The translations under genes and the position numbers were made by a program. From positions 544,001 through 608,000 of the forward strand of contig CAXXHO010000003.1 of assembly GCA_963667725.2 (NCBI GenBank): DNA of 64,000 nucleotides, read 5' to 3'. The notes below the pieces were generated by a model. It was not told the origin of the DNA. It worked only from the letters and a program-made list of their open reading frames with translations, and searched no databases. Positions 48,787-58,144 of this stretch are shown here, piece by piece (within the stretch, counting starts at the first letter, position 1; each line of letters opens with the position of its first letter). The stretch comes from Treponemataceae bacterium (GTDB taxonomy: Bacteria > Spirochaetota > Spirochaetia > Treponematales > Rectinemataceae).

Positions 48787-49398
48787 CTATTTTTTCAGGG
48801 ATTTCCTGAAAAGCAGGAGGATTTTCGACAAAAGGAGGACGAGGGAGAAGAAGGTTACGTAGGGTTCCCGGGTGAGGGAGAAAAAGAGGACGGCGACCGA
48901 GTGCCACAGTATGGAGAGGAGCCTGGCGGTCGAGAGCGCTTTTTTGTTGTCGAAAAACTGGACGAGCATCTCGATCACGCCGAGCGCGGCGAGGGTTGTC
49001 AGCAGGATAAAATGCACGACGCGGACATCGGAGACTTCGTTATAATGGAGCAGGTTGACCGACCGTATATGCCCGCCAACTTCCTGCCCGTACAGCGGAA
49101 GGAATATGAAGGCCAACGAAAGAAGATCGAGGACGCCGAAATTCAGGCTGTACGCTTTATCCACGTTGGCGGCGTTATCGCGCTCCGCGATCGTTATAAG
49201 CTCATCCCCTGAGAGAAGGTCGTCAATGGGAACCTGAAAAACCTTGGAGATGTTCTTGAGCGCCTCTATGTTGGGGAATCCCCTGCCGCTCTCCCATTTC
49301 GACACGGCGGTCCTGGATATATTGAGTTTTTCGGCCAGTTGTTCCTGAGTCAAGCCGCTCTTTTTTCTGAAGAACTGCAGTTTTTCGTTGAATTCCAC
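48787..49398 (-). CDS. XRE family HTH regulator with C-terminal TM helices
   Basis: LTQEQLAEKLNISRTAVSKWESG; GTG start with GGAGG SD. Confidence 0.9.
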   Translation of the reverse strand: MEFNEKLQFFRKKSGLTQEQLAEKLNISRTAVSKWESGRGFPNIEALKNISKVFQVPIDDLLSGDELITIAERDNAANVDKAYSLNFGVLDLLSLAFIFLPLYGQEVGGHIRSVNLLHYNEVSDVRVVHFILLTTLAALGVIEMLVQFFDNKKALSTARLLSILWHSVAVLFFSLTREPYVTFFSLVLLLSKILLLFRKSLKK

Positions 49399-49520
49399 GC
49401 TTCCTCCGCTCCGCGCACTCACGGACTTTCATTCTACCAAAACTATAGCGCTGGGGCGAGCCTCACTGGAATTTTTCCGGAAGAAGCCCAAGAGGAGCAC
49501 TATTGTTGAATTTTTACGAT

Positions 49521-49578
49521 TTTCCGCAGCATCCTGCGGATTTTCTTGATATTTCCGCAGCATAGTTGCGGATTTTCT
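49521..49578. repeat. Tandem pair of palindromic sites TTTCCGCAGCAT-N2/3-TGCGGATTTTCT
   Basis: Copies at 49521-49546 and 49552-49578. Confidence 0.85.
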
Positions 49579-49589
49579 AGATTTTACCC

Positions 49590-50069
49590 ATGAAAATCCC
49601 TATTGAGATCGCGCATTTTGCTGTCGATGTTTTCTCTATGAAAATACTCAAGATCGCGGTGATAGCGCTGCACTTTTTTGTCGGCATGTTAGGCTTGCTG
49701 GGCGGATACGCGGCGGTATCGACGCCGGCGGGACCGTTTGGCATTTCGACGGATATCTTGCGGAATGGCCCATTCAGCGATTTCTTCATTCCCGGTTTGA
49801 CCCTCCTCATTGTGATAGGGATCGGGCAAATAGCGACGGGAATAATCGTCTGGAAAAATGCGCGATTCTCTCCCTACGTTCAGGGAGCGATGGCCGCCGT
49901 TACGCTTGGCTGGATCGTCATCCAATGCTGGGTAATGGAAGAGATAAACGCCATGCATATCACGATATTCGCTATTGGAGCGGCGCAGGGCTTGTACGCC
50001 TTGTCCGTCGTCATGAAGCGGAAGATTTTCCCCGCGAACATAATTCTGAAGATGCTAGGGAAAGCCTAA
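49590..50069 (+). CDS. Four-TM membrane protein of unknown function
   Basis: Hydrophobic ORF with PFSDFFIPGL and WIVIQ motifs. Confidence 0.7.
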   Translation: MKIPIEIAHFAVDVFSMKILKIAVIALHFFVGMLGLLGGYAAVSTPAGPFGISTDILRNGPFSDFFIPGLTLLIVIGIGQIATGIIVWKNARFSPYVQGAMAAVTLGWIVIQCWVMEEINAMHITIFAIGAAQGLYALSVVMKRKIFPANIILKMLGKA

Positions 50070-50075
50070 GCGAAA

Positions 50076-50669
50076 TTATTTTCTTCGAATACCCGCGTCG
50101 AGATCGTACATCAGCCTTTCGAGGCGATTTCCCGTTCCGGGATTCCTCGCGGGCATATGGAGAAGAATTTCCCGCGCTTCTTGCGGGACGCGCTCTATAG
50201 CCCAGCTGATCTCCCGATCGCCTATATCCGTATCCTCGGGATGGCTGAATTCCAGGGCGAGGGCAGCGTAGGCCGCGGGTCCGAGAATGTGCTTTGTCTG
50301 CTGGATATCTGCCAGGGGATGGGTGTAGGCGCTCGAGGCCGCGAGGCATGCCGCATTGGCGGCGGCCGATGCAGCCGGATCGCTCGATTCCCTGGCCGCG
50401 GCATAAGCTGACAGGGCGAGGGTGCGCAGTTTAGCGGTCCTGGCGCCCCCGGCGGCAAATGCCCTTATTCCCTTTATGGCTTCGCGAGGGCGCTGATCCT
50501 CGCCCGAATACGCTTCGTATACGCCCAATGCCCTCTCCGCGCAGTCCGCGACCCAGCCGCCGAGCGCTCGCAGGGAATCGAGGCTCAAGGGGAAGTATTT
50601 GGATTCGGGTGAGATGGGCGTCATTTTTCCGCTTACCTTGATGCTTTCTATAGTACCCGGCATATTCAT
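50076..50669 (-). CDS. Imm-5-like putative immunity protein (helical)
   Basis: WVADCAERAL...DQRPREAI...AAAR...AA-A-H pattern. Confidence 0.65.
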   Translation of the reverse strand: MNMPGTIESIKVSGKMTPISPESKYFPLSLDSLRALGGWVADCAERALGVYEAYSGEDQRPREAIKGIRAFAAGGARTAKLRTLALSAYAAARESSDPAASAAANAACLAASSAYTHPLADIQQTKHILGPAAYAALALEFSHPEDTDIGDREISWAIERVPQEAREILLHMPARNPGTGNRLERLMYDLDAGIRRK

Positions 50670-50737
50670 TCACTTCAACATCTTGGGCGAGCGGGACGCG
50701 AAGCGCGTGCGGAACTTCCTTTTTTCAATAATTACTA

Positions 50738-50766
50738 TTGACAGTCAAGCTAATAAGTATTACTGT
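50738..50766 (+). promoter_or_regulatory. Sigma70 promoter of the padR-DUF1048 operon
   Basis: TTGACA-N17-TACTGT. Confidence 0.6.
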
Positions 50767-50813
50767 GTAGTGGTAGTCAGTGATACTGAATATACGTCAT
50801 ACCGAATAGCGAG

Positions 50814-51149
50814 GTGATCGTGCTGGAAAACTTGACGGAAATGCTGAAAGGCGTGCTGGAGGGCTGCGTTCTTGAAATCATAAGCCGGGGAGAAACCTAC
50901 GGTTATGAAATCACGCGGCGGCTGAACGCTCTCGGCTTTACCGATGTCGTAGAAGGAACGGTCTATACGATTTTGGTGCGGCTAGAGAAGAATGAGCTCG
51001 TGGACATGGAAAAAAGACCATCCGATATGGGGCCGCCGCGCAAGTTTTTCGCGCTGAACGACGCGGGGCGCAAAGAACTGCGGAAGTTCTGGGAAAAATG
51101 GGAGTTCTTGTCATCGAAATTGGGCGAACTGAAGGAGAGTAAATTATGA
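50814..51149 (+). CDS. PadR family regulator
   Basis: LKGVLEGCVL, YGYEI, EGTVY..L.RLE, GPPRK. Confidence 0.93.
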   Translation: MIVLENLTEMLKGVLEGCVLEIISRGETYGYEITRRLNALGFTDVVEGTVYTILVRLEKNELVDMEKRPSDMGPPRKFFALNDAGRKELRKFWEKWEFLSSKLGELKESKL

Positions 51150-51493
51150 ATTTTTGGGAAAAAATCACCGGCAGCGACATGGATAAAGCGTTGAAGGCTT
51201 TTGAGTCGCGAGCCCAAAAACTGCCCGCCGATTATCAGGCGGCATGGGTAAAAATAAAAGCCAATCTGTGGCCGCGTTCGGATTTCACCGGGCGCAACCT
51301 CATGCCCATCATCGACGGCGTGTTGGGCCTGCTCGAAGAAACGGCGGCGGAGGGGCAGAGTGTCCAAGAGGTGTTGGGCGACGATATCCAAGGCTTCTGT
51401 TCAGCGCTTGTCGGCGAAGAAGGGGCCAAGTCTTTCCAGGACAAGTGGCGAGCGCAACTCAACCACGCTATCGCCAAAAAATTAGGCAAATAG
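51146..51493 (+). CDS. DUF1048 family protein
   Basis: RAQKLPADY, LLEE.AAEG...V.GDD...FC. Confidence 0.85.
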   Translation: MNFWEKITGSDMDKALKAFESRAQKLPADYQAAWVKIKANLWPRSDFTGRNLMPIIDGVLGLLEETAAEGQSVQEVLGDDIQGFCSALVGEEGAKSFQDKWRAQLNHAIAKKLGK

Positions 51494-51502
51494 GAGAATA
51501 CA

Positions 51503-51853
51503 ATGAGCATGCGCGATATCATCGAAGGGAAAAAAGAGTGGCGAGCCCATGTGGCGCGCGTCAAAGCGCTTCCGAAAGACTATCGGATCGTCTATAAGGA
51601 AATTCAAAAATATCTCTTCAAGGTCGGCCCTGTAGAGTTGGCCGAAGGGACGAATTTACTTTCGGGGATCATGGATCTTTTTGAGGAGGGCGCGGCTTCG
51701 GGCAAGGGCGTGCTTGAAGTGACGGGTTGCGACGTGGCGGCTTTCTGCGACGATCTGATCAAGGGCTTGAAAACCTACGCCGAGATTTATCAGGAATCTA
51801 TCGACCAGGACGTGAACAAGGTCATGAAAAAAACAATGGATAAAACAGAATAA
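51503..51853 (+). CDS. DUF1048 family protein
   Basis: KKEWR...RVKALPKDY..VYKEIQKY, LFEEGAA.GK. Confidence 0.87.
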   Translation: MSMRDIIEGKKEWRAHVARVKALPKDYRIVYKEIQKYLFKVGPVELAEGTNLLSGIMDLFEEGAASGKGVLEVTGCDVAAFCDDLIKGLKTYAEIYQESIDQDVNKVMKKTMDKTE

Positions 51854-51897
51854 AAGAGGGATATCAGATTACATGCTTCTTTTACATCTGTAAAATA

Positions 51898-51931
51898 AAA
51901 GAGGCCGCCCAACTTTTTGGACAGCCTTTTG
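51898..51931. terminator. Probable bidirectional terminator between convergent genes, at the edge of the AT-rich block
   Basis: AAAGAGGCCGCCCAA-CTTT-TTGGACAGCCTTTT imperfect stem. Confidence 0.55.
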
Positions 51932-51949
51932 ATTTATAGGATTACAATT

Positions 51950-52720
51950 TTATGATAACGAACCTGCTGCCCACCTGCTCATCCGCTGCCAAAACTCCGC
52001 GTAAGCCGGCCACTCCAGGAAACTTCCTGCCCAATGTGGTCCGACATCGGTAGCGCATATTATTGAGCGCCCTTTGCCAACTTTTCTTGTGGCGATTTGG
52101 GGATCTCCTCTATAGGAAGCAACAAGGTGTGCATCGTTTCGAAGGTGTGTTTTATTATACCCGAGGAACATATATGGTTTATCCCAAGGCAAACCTTTTA
52201 CGATCGGATGCTCTGGGTCATCGAGTTGAAACTGATATCCCTGGGTGATCTCCATTCGATCATCCACGCCACGAGGTTCGCAAGTGACAGGCATGATTTC
52301 TTCTATTTTAGTGCCGCCCCACAACCCTTTGCCTTGGATGCCAGAAAAACTCATCCAACCTCCAATCATCATGAAGCCTCCGCCTTGGATGACGTAATCG
52401 TGGAGTCCTTGAATACGATCTGGCCCCATTGGAATCTTAAGGGCACCAGTATTCCCAGGTTGAAAGTTGACGCTATTGAATCCGAGATCACTTAGAATCA
52501 CACAATCATACTTCTTGAATTCGTCGACTGTGGATGGTATATCCCTGGTTGCTTCACTCGACCTGATATGTTCTAACTTAATGTCTGGAGCGACATTTAG
52601 TGCATCCCTCAGGTAGTGTGCCGAGTCGCTATAATATGTGAATGTCCAGCTGTCGATTCCCTTACTCGACGTTTGCACGTTCACCTGAGTGTCGCCAATG
52701 TACAAAACCTTGATACTCAC
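51950..52720 (-). CDS. Glutamine amidotransferase-like (DUF1355/GATase1-like) protein
   Basis: YDCVILSD.G, GGGFMMIGGWMSFSG, GYN, TDVGPHW. Confidence 0.82.
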   Translation of the reverse strand: MSIKVLYIGDTQVNVQTSSKGIDSWTFTYYSDSAHYLRDALNVAPDIKLEHIRSSEATRDIPSTVDEFKKYDCVILSDLGFNSVNFQPGNTGALKIPMGPDRIQGLHDYVIQGGGFMMIGGWMSFSGIQGKGLWGGTKIEEIMPVTCEPRGVDDRMEITQGYQFQLDDPEHPIVKGLPWDKPYMFLGYNKTHLRNDAHLVASYRGDPQIATRKVGKGRSIICATDVGPHWAGSFLEWPAYAEFWQRMSRWAAGSLS

Positions 52721-52790
52721 TTCACACCTCCCTATGCAATTTAGATAACATGAATACCTATTTCGCCAACGCAAAAAGATTTATAAGCAA

Positions 52791-53567
52791 TTAGAGCACT
52801 GAGGACAGAAACGCTTTTGTACGCGCATTAACTGGATTAGCAAGCATAGCTTTAGGTTTTCCCTGCTCCGCGATGATTCCTTCATCCATGAAAACCAAAG
52901 TGTCCCCGACTTCTCTCGCAAAACCTATCTCATGAGTGACTACTATCATGGTCATGCCATCAACAGCGAGATCATGCATGACTTGCAGTACTTCTCCCAC
53001 AAGTTCTGGGTCTAGGGCTGAAGTGGCTTCGTCGAAGAGCATGATTTCCGGTTCCATCGCTAGAGCTCTCGCTATCGCTACCCTTTGCTGCTGCCCTCCT
53101 GAGAGCTGAAGAGGGTAGGAGTTGAATTTCTCAGCAAGGCCAACCTTAGCTAGAAGAGTATGCGCCCGAGCCAATGCTTTATCTTGAAGTTCACCTTTCA
53201 CTATATGTGGTCCAATCGCGACATTCTCAGCTGCCGTCATATGCGGGTATAGATTAAAATGTTGAAACACCATACCGACTTTAACACGAAACGCAGCTGC
53301 TTCTTTTTCGTCCCATTCCTTGAGTTTGTTCCCATGTTCCGCATACCCTACAAGCTGACCTTTGAACAGCAATGCTCCGCTGTCAATCTTCTCAAGAAAA
53401 TTGACGCAACGCAGAAAAGTGCTCTTCCCTCCCCCTGAAGGACCGATAATACAGACTGTTTCGCCTTCTTTAACCGTAAGGTTAAGCCCCTTTAGAACTT
53501 TTAATGGACCAAAACTCTTGCTAACATTTCTCGCCTCGAGAAGCGGTTTTTCACCCACGAATCTCAC
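52791..53567 (-). CDS. Polar amino acid ABC transporter ATP-binding protein
   Basis: [34 protein letters not shown]. Confidence 0.95.
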   Translation of the reverse strand: MRFVGEKPLLEARNVSKSFGPLKVLKGLNLTVKEGETVCIIGPSGGGKSTFLRCVNFLEKIDSGALLFKGQLVGYAEHGNKLKEWDEKEAAAFRVKVGMVFQHFNLYPHMTAAENVAIGPHIVKGELQDKALARAHTLLAKVGLAEKFNSYPLQLSGGQQQRVAIARALAMEPEIMLFDEATSALDPELVGEVLQVMHDLAVDGMTMIVVTHEIGFAREVGDTLVFMDEGIIAEQGKPKAMLANPVNARTKAFLSSVL

Positions 53568-54507
53568 TCTCCTTTTTCAAGTGCTCCAGCGCACTCTGTG
53601 CCCTCGAGGAGCTGAACACATGCTCGCGAATAAAATCGGATAACTTTACCCCCGAGGATGAAGACCCTGCGCCGAATTTTTTCTCTATAAAATACTGTCC
53701 TATGCTCGCCACAGAAGTTCCAACCAAGTACCATAGACTGGCGACGATCAATAATTCGACTACAAGGAATGTTTTCGCATAGATATTTTCTGTGACGGTA
53801 AGCAGGTCTTGCGCCGCGATTACAGAAGCAATTGAAGTTGTTTTAAGCATGCCAATCGCTTGGTTACCCGTTGGTGGAAGTATCACGCGTAACGCTTGGG
53901 GAATAATGATATACCTCATGGCCTGCCTACGAGTTAGCCCTGTAGCGAGTGCGGCATCCATTTGTCCGTGCGATACGGAGAGTATCCCGCCTCGTACAAT
54001 CTCAGCCATGTAGGCACCTTCATTCAGTCCCAGGGCGAGAATCGCTGCGCCGAATGTAGTGATTAGTTTGTTCGTATCAACACTGAATGCTCCAATGCCG
54101 ATCCGCGGGAATATAAGCGCCATGTTATACCAAAAAATTAGCTGTACAAGCACTGGTGTTCCACGAAATGCCCAAATATATACGCCACTCGTTGTTCTAA
54201 GGACAGTATTAGGCGAAAGTCTCATGAGCGCTAGAATAACGCCCAGCGCCATACCGATTACCATTGCCAACACAGTGAGTTCAAGAGTTACACCAAGCCC
54301 CCTTAAAACGGCGCTATCAAAAATGTAGACGCCCATTTTTGACCACTTGATGTTGGGGTTTGAGGCAACCATACCTAACAAGCACACTCCAAACAGAAGG
54401 ACTATCGCCGCAGCGATCCAACTCCCCCATGGTTTGGTTCGTACGTACTTCAACTGTGACTTATCTTTTAAAAGCTCTTTATCCTCAGAGTTCATTGGAG
54501 CTGCCAT
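53551..54507 (-). CDS. Polar amino acid ABC transporter permease
   Basis: [27 protein letters not shown]. Confidence 0.95.
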   Translation of the reverse strand: MAAPMNSEDKELLKDKSQLKYVRTKPWGSWIAAAIVLLFGVCLLGMVASNPNIKWSKMGVYIFDSAVLRGLGVTLELTVLAMVIGMALGVILALMRLSPNTVLRTTSGVYIWAFRGTPVLVQLIFWYNMALIFPRIGIGAFSVDTNKLITTFGAAILALGLNEGAYMAEIVRGGILSVSHGQMDAALATGLTRRQAMRYIIIPQALRVILPPTGNQAIGMLKTTSIASVIAAQDLLTVTENIYAKTFLVVELLIVASLWYLVGTSVASIGQYFIEKKFGAGSSSSGVKLSDFIREHVFSSSRAQSALEHLKKESEIRG

Positions 54508-54631
54508 GATGAATCCTTTTCACGCACACGTCATCGGCCTCTTCTCTACTTGAGGTCAGTCTTTTCTAATCCGTTGCCATCCGAGCCTCAAGCAGTAGAT
54601 GCATATGCACCCCTGCTTGAGCCAGATAAAC

Positions 54632-55108
54632 TTACATTCTTTGAACGCGTAACATTTTTGGGCCGTCATCTGACCTAATTCGCGCACACTGTTCCGCAAA
54701 CGCCTCAAGACCTTCAATAATATGAGCCCAAACAGTGATAGGGCGTATACCAAGCGATGAATCGAAAGTCACTTCTCGACCGTAGACGAAAGCAAAATCC
54801 CACACCTCATCGCGCTTTCCTCTTTCGTCATGAGGTGGGCAATATAACCAGCCGATGTCCCCAGCAGACGGATAAGCTGTTGCGTTTTCTCGTGGGAGAA
54901 CTTTAGGATTAAAAGTACGATTCACCATAGGGAAGTTTGGGATGAAAACTTCTCTACCCGCATACATCGCATGTATCGCCTTTGCTTCAAGCGGTACAGC
55001 GAGCGCGCCCCATAATGCCTCACATGTTTGGGGGGCATCCTCGTCCTCAAGTTCTGCGATGGCCTTTACTTTCGTTCCAAGGACCTCGATGGAAATTCGG
55101 CGACTCAT
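54632..55108 (-). CDS. DUF3830 family protein (cyclophilin-like fold)
   Basis: APQTC..LW..L, HAMYAGREV, ENAT.YP..GD, FVYGR. Confidence 0.8.
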   Translation of the reverse strand: MSRRISIEVLGTKVKAIAELEDEDAPQTCEALWGALAVPLEAKAIHAMYAGREVFIPNFPMVNRTFNPKVLPRENATAYPSAGDIGWLYCPPHDERGKRDEVWDFAFVYGREVTFDSSLGIRPITVWAHIIEGLEAFAEQCARIRSDDGPKMLRVQRM

Positions 55109-55173
55109 TATTACTCCTTTCGTATACATGATGTTCATTAATCTCAATTACAAAATCACTTTATCCTTTTCCG

Positions 55174-55201
55174 AGCCCCGCAGTTTAGGGACTGCGGGGC
55201 T
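55174..55201. other. Intergenic stem-loop after the substrate-binding protein gene
   Basis: AGCCCCGCAGT-TTAGGG-ACTGCGGGGCT. Confidence 0.7.
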
Positions 55202-55220
55202 TCATAGCTTTAGAGTCGTT

Positions 55221-56102
55221 CTAGCCATTCGGCTGAGCGTACTTCGCGCCGTCATTGACCCACGGAACAGCGATCATCCCACCTTCCAAACCCCACTTTG
55301 TGAGGATCTGCTCATAGGCTCCACTAGCCATCAGACGTTGCATAGCCTGTTCAATACAAAGTAGTAATGCAGGATTGTTTTTCGATATGCCAATGGCATT
55401 ATAACCCGCGCCATAAAGTGTCTTCAGAAGAACTGTAAGTCCTGTGTCCGCGTTGTGCTTTACATAGTAGTTCGACGTACCAGCCATGCTTAATGTCGCT
55501 TCCGCACGTCCTGATCTCACCGCAAGGTTCGCTTCATTCTGATTCGGGTAGACCTGAATGTCGATTTTCTTCACGTTCTTTTGATTGCGCTGTTCGACCA
55601 GCCCCTGCATAACACTTCCGCGGAGCACCGCTACTGAACGGCCATCAAGATCTTCAATCGTCTGGATATTCTTCGGATTACCCTCTTTGACAACGACCGC
55701 ATTGCCCTCAACTGAGTAGTTTACAAAGTTGATTTGTTGCTCACGAGCAGGAGTATCTCCCATACTTGAAATGGACATGTCAAAACGGCCCGCCAGGATA
55801 GCTGGGATGATTCCAGGAAAAGCTATGGCGGTAAATTCAACTTTGAGTCCGAGTACCTGGCCGATCCCAAGAGCCAAATCGATGTCTCCACCCGTAATCG
55901 TTTTATTGTCCTCTGCATACATCGTGTAGGGAGGCGATCCTGCACTGGTCGCTACTTTGAGGACTCCTGATTTCTGCAAGTCGGTAGGGAGTAGATCATG
56001 GAGGGCTTGATTAAACTTGACCTCGATAGCAGGGGTTGGAGCGGCGAACAAAAAAGCGTTCGCTACTACCATAAGCAGCATTACCATCACCACTCTTTTC
56101 AT
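55221..56102 (-). CDS. ABC transporter substrate-binding protein (SBP_bac_3)
   Basis: Signal peptide, G.DIDL, GRFDM, DTPAREQQINFV, G.YEQIL.KWG. Confidence 0.92.
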   Translation of the reverse strand: MKRVVMVMLLMVVANAFLFAAPTPAIEVKFNQALHDLLPTDLQKSGVLKVATSAGSPPYTMYAEDNKTITGGDIDLALGIGQVLGLKVEFTAIAFPGIIPAILAGRFDMSISSMGDTPAREQQINFVNYSVEGNAVVVKEGNPKNIQTIEDLDGRSVAVLRGSVMQGLVEQRNQKNVKKIDIQVYPNQNEANLAVRSGRAEATLSMAGTSNYYVKHNADTGLTVLLKTLYGAGYNAIGISKNNPALLLCIEQAMQRLMASGAYEQILTKWGLEGGMIAVPWVNDGAKYAQPNG

Positions 56103-56301
56103 GTCAAACCTCCTTAAATACGGAATACATTGTTTCTCTACGCTCCCTTTCTACTTGAGCGATAAACCCTGTATAAATCATGATTATCTATCTGTCAAGT
56201 ACAAAAAGTAGTTATTTTGCATTCAATTATCTTTTATTATTGCATACATCATACTTATATATTGCCTTTAATCTAAATTTATAGTATATAAACTAAAGAG
56301 T

Positions 56302-56988
56302 ATGGAAAAAATTAATGAAGCGGATTCGTCTAATCAACCTCTCACCAACAAGGCATACTTGTGTATAAAAGACCTAATCATGTCATACGCGCTCAAGCCT
56401 GGTGAGGTGCTCTCCGAGATCGAATTGGCACGGAAGCTTAAAATGAGCCGAACTCCAATCCATCAAGCATTGCTTCATCTTAAAAGAGATGGGTTTTTGG
56501 AAGATTCACCAGGAGTCGGATGGAAGGTCTACTCGTTATCGATTGCGGATATACGGGAAATTTTTGCCGCTAAAATCGCAATCGAAAATATCATCATGGA
56601 AGAGGCTGCTTTAAACAAGGACGCAAACAAGGAAGGTGTTCGGCATTGCTTGGAGCGGATGCAAGAGGCAGCCTCAGATAGAGACATCGACAGATGGATT
56701 AAACTCGATCACGAACTTCATGATAACATCAATGCATTGGCCAGCAATTCAAGAGCGGTCAGGATATCTGAAGGCCTGAGCGAGCAACTGTATCGGTTTC
56801 AAAGCCGATTCCCCCCGTTGGACTTGGCACAGCGTCAACGAGAGCATGTCACCATAGTCGACTGCATCTGCTCAGGGGATGCTGAAGGAGCGAAATTTAA
56901 CCATGCGAACAATCTCATTCAATTGTGTGAGGAGATAGAGTACATCCTTCGTAAGATGGTTTTTCCGTTGACAAATGACCTCGTATAA
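56302..56988 (+). CDS. GntR family regulator (FCD domain), divergent from the ABC operon
   Basis: LKPGEVLSEIELARKLKMSRTPI, DHELH, EH. Confidence 0.9.
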   Translation: MEKINEADSSNQPLTNKAYLCIKDLIMSYALKPGEVLSEIELARKLKMSRTPIHQALLHLKRDGFLEDSPGVGWKVYSLSIADIREIFAAKIAIENIIMEEAALNKDANKEGVRHCLERMQEAASDRDIDRWIKLDHELHDNINALASNSRAVRISEGLSEQLYRFQSRFPPLDLAQRQREHVTIVDCICSGDAEGAKFNHANNLIQLCEEIEYILRKMVFPLTNDLV

Positions 56989-57097
56989 AGGTTTAGGTAT
57001 ATGGAGTTATGAAATAAATCCGATCTCTGGCTACTAGAGAATCAGCTAAATACAAAATTTTACATAAAATGTCTACTTAAGGCATGGCGGCTTGACG

Positions 57098-58144
57098 TTA
57101 TCGGGCATTTTTAATGGTTCCGATATTTATCTTGAATATCATGTTCCTTAAAAAAGAATTGTAGATAAAGAGTCCCTTGATGTTTTTCATGAAGATATTT
57201 ATCCGAAGGCCGAGGATGCCTCTGTCGTACTTCTTGATATCGAAGGCGGAGGCCTCTTGCAGCGTTTTGGCCAGCGTATAGGCGCTTCGATAGGCGTAGC
57301 TCAATCCTTCCGACGAGCTTGGGCTGATAAGTCCGGCGGCTTCGCCTATCAACGCGACGCCGCCCTGGCCGGTTTTTATGTCCCTCAATCGCGGGCGCAG
57401 CAGATAGCATGCGTCCAGCCTTACTGGATCCCCCAAGCTATAGCCGTATGAAACCACTTCCTCGATCAATTTTTTGTACTTCTGTTTGGCGTTATTCCTT
57501 TCGTCAAAGGCGCCTCCGACCAGAACGGTGTCGCCCTTCGGTATCAGCCAAGAGTAAAAATCGCTTATGCCCCGGTCGAAAAACACGGCATAGTGGTTGA
57601 TGGATGTTTCCAGCTTATATTCTCCCTGAATTGCCAGATACTTTCTTATTTTGTGAAAATCGTCGTAGAGAGCTTTCCTCACCGATGAATGGGCGCCATC
57701 GGCGCCCACCAGGACGCTGCATGAATGTTCCGCCACTTCTCCGTTTTGTCGTATGGATACGATGATTTCGCCATTCTCTTGCCTATGCCCTAAATACTGC
57801 CCCCCGGCCATGTGCTTCACGTTGCTGGGCAATTTCTTGATAAGGTATTGATCGAGAAGCCTTCTGTTTATATTGGTGTAATGTCTTTGGTATTTGCCCT
57901 CGCGATTGGTCTCAAGGTCGATGGACCTGACGTAGAAGAGCTGTGGATCGGATATTATTTCCTTGGGAATGCCAAGGTCGAAGCGCGCGAGCATTTTCTG
58001 CGCGTCGGGCGCCACAAGACCACCGCAGCATTTTTCACGATCCGTGCTTTTTTCCACGAGAAGTATATTTAGGTGTCGTTCCGCCAATCGCGCGAAAGTC
58101 GCGCCGGCAGGACCCGCGCCAATAATGATAATATCAAACATCAT
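57098..58144 (-). CDS. FAD-dependent oxidoreductase, CbrA/YidS-like (geranylgeranyl reductase family)
   Basis: IIGAGPAG, CGGLVAPDAQ, GADGA.S.VR, YSW.IPK, IGEAAG.ISPSS.EG. Confidence 0.82.
   Translation of the reverse strand: MMFDIIIIGAGPAGATFARLAERHLNILLVEKSTDREKCCGGLVAPDAQKMLARFDLGIPKEIISDPQLFYVRSIDLETNREGKYQRHYTNINRRLLDQYLIKKLPSNVKHMAGGQYLGHRQENGEIIVSIRQNGEVAEHSCSVLVGADGAHSSVRKALYDDFHKIRKYLAIQGEYKLETSINHYAVFFDRGISDFYSWLIPKGDTVLVGGAFDERNNAKQKYKKLIEEVVSYGYSLGDPVRLDACYLLRPRLRDIKTGQGGVALIGEAAGLISPSSSEGLSYAYRSAYTLAKTLQEASAFDIKKYDRGILGLRINIFMKNIKGLFIYNSFLRNMIFKINIGTIKNAR

Noticed and set aside
49521..49578. Repeat pair as a mini CRISPR array
   Set aside because: There are only two copies with a 5-nt gap, no spacer-length unique sequence and no cas genes; an operator fits better
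51898..51931. GAGGCYGYCCAA hairpin as an IS end or target
   Set aside because: There is no transposase or second copy in the window; a terminator between convergent genes explains it
57060..57102. GATAAC-GTCAAGCCG after the CbrA-like stop as a third attC
   Set aside because: There is no matching L'/R' arm, and it is not complementary to the GCTAAGA start; at best a remnant
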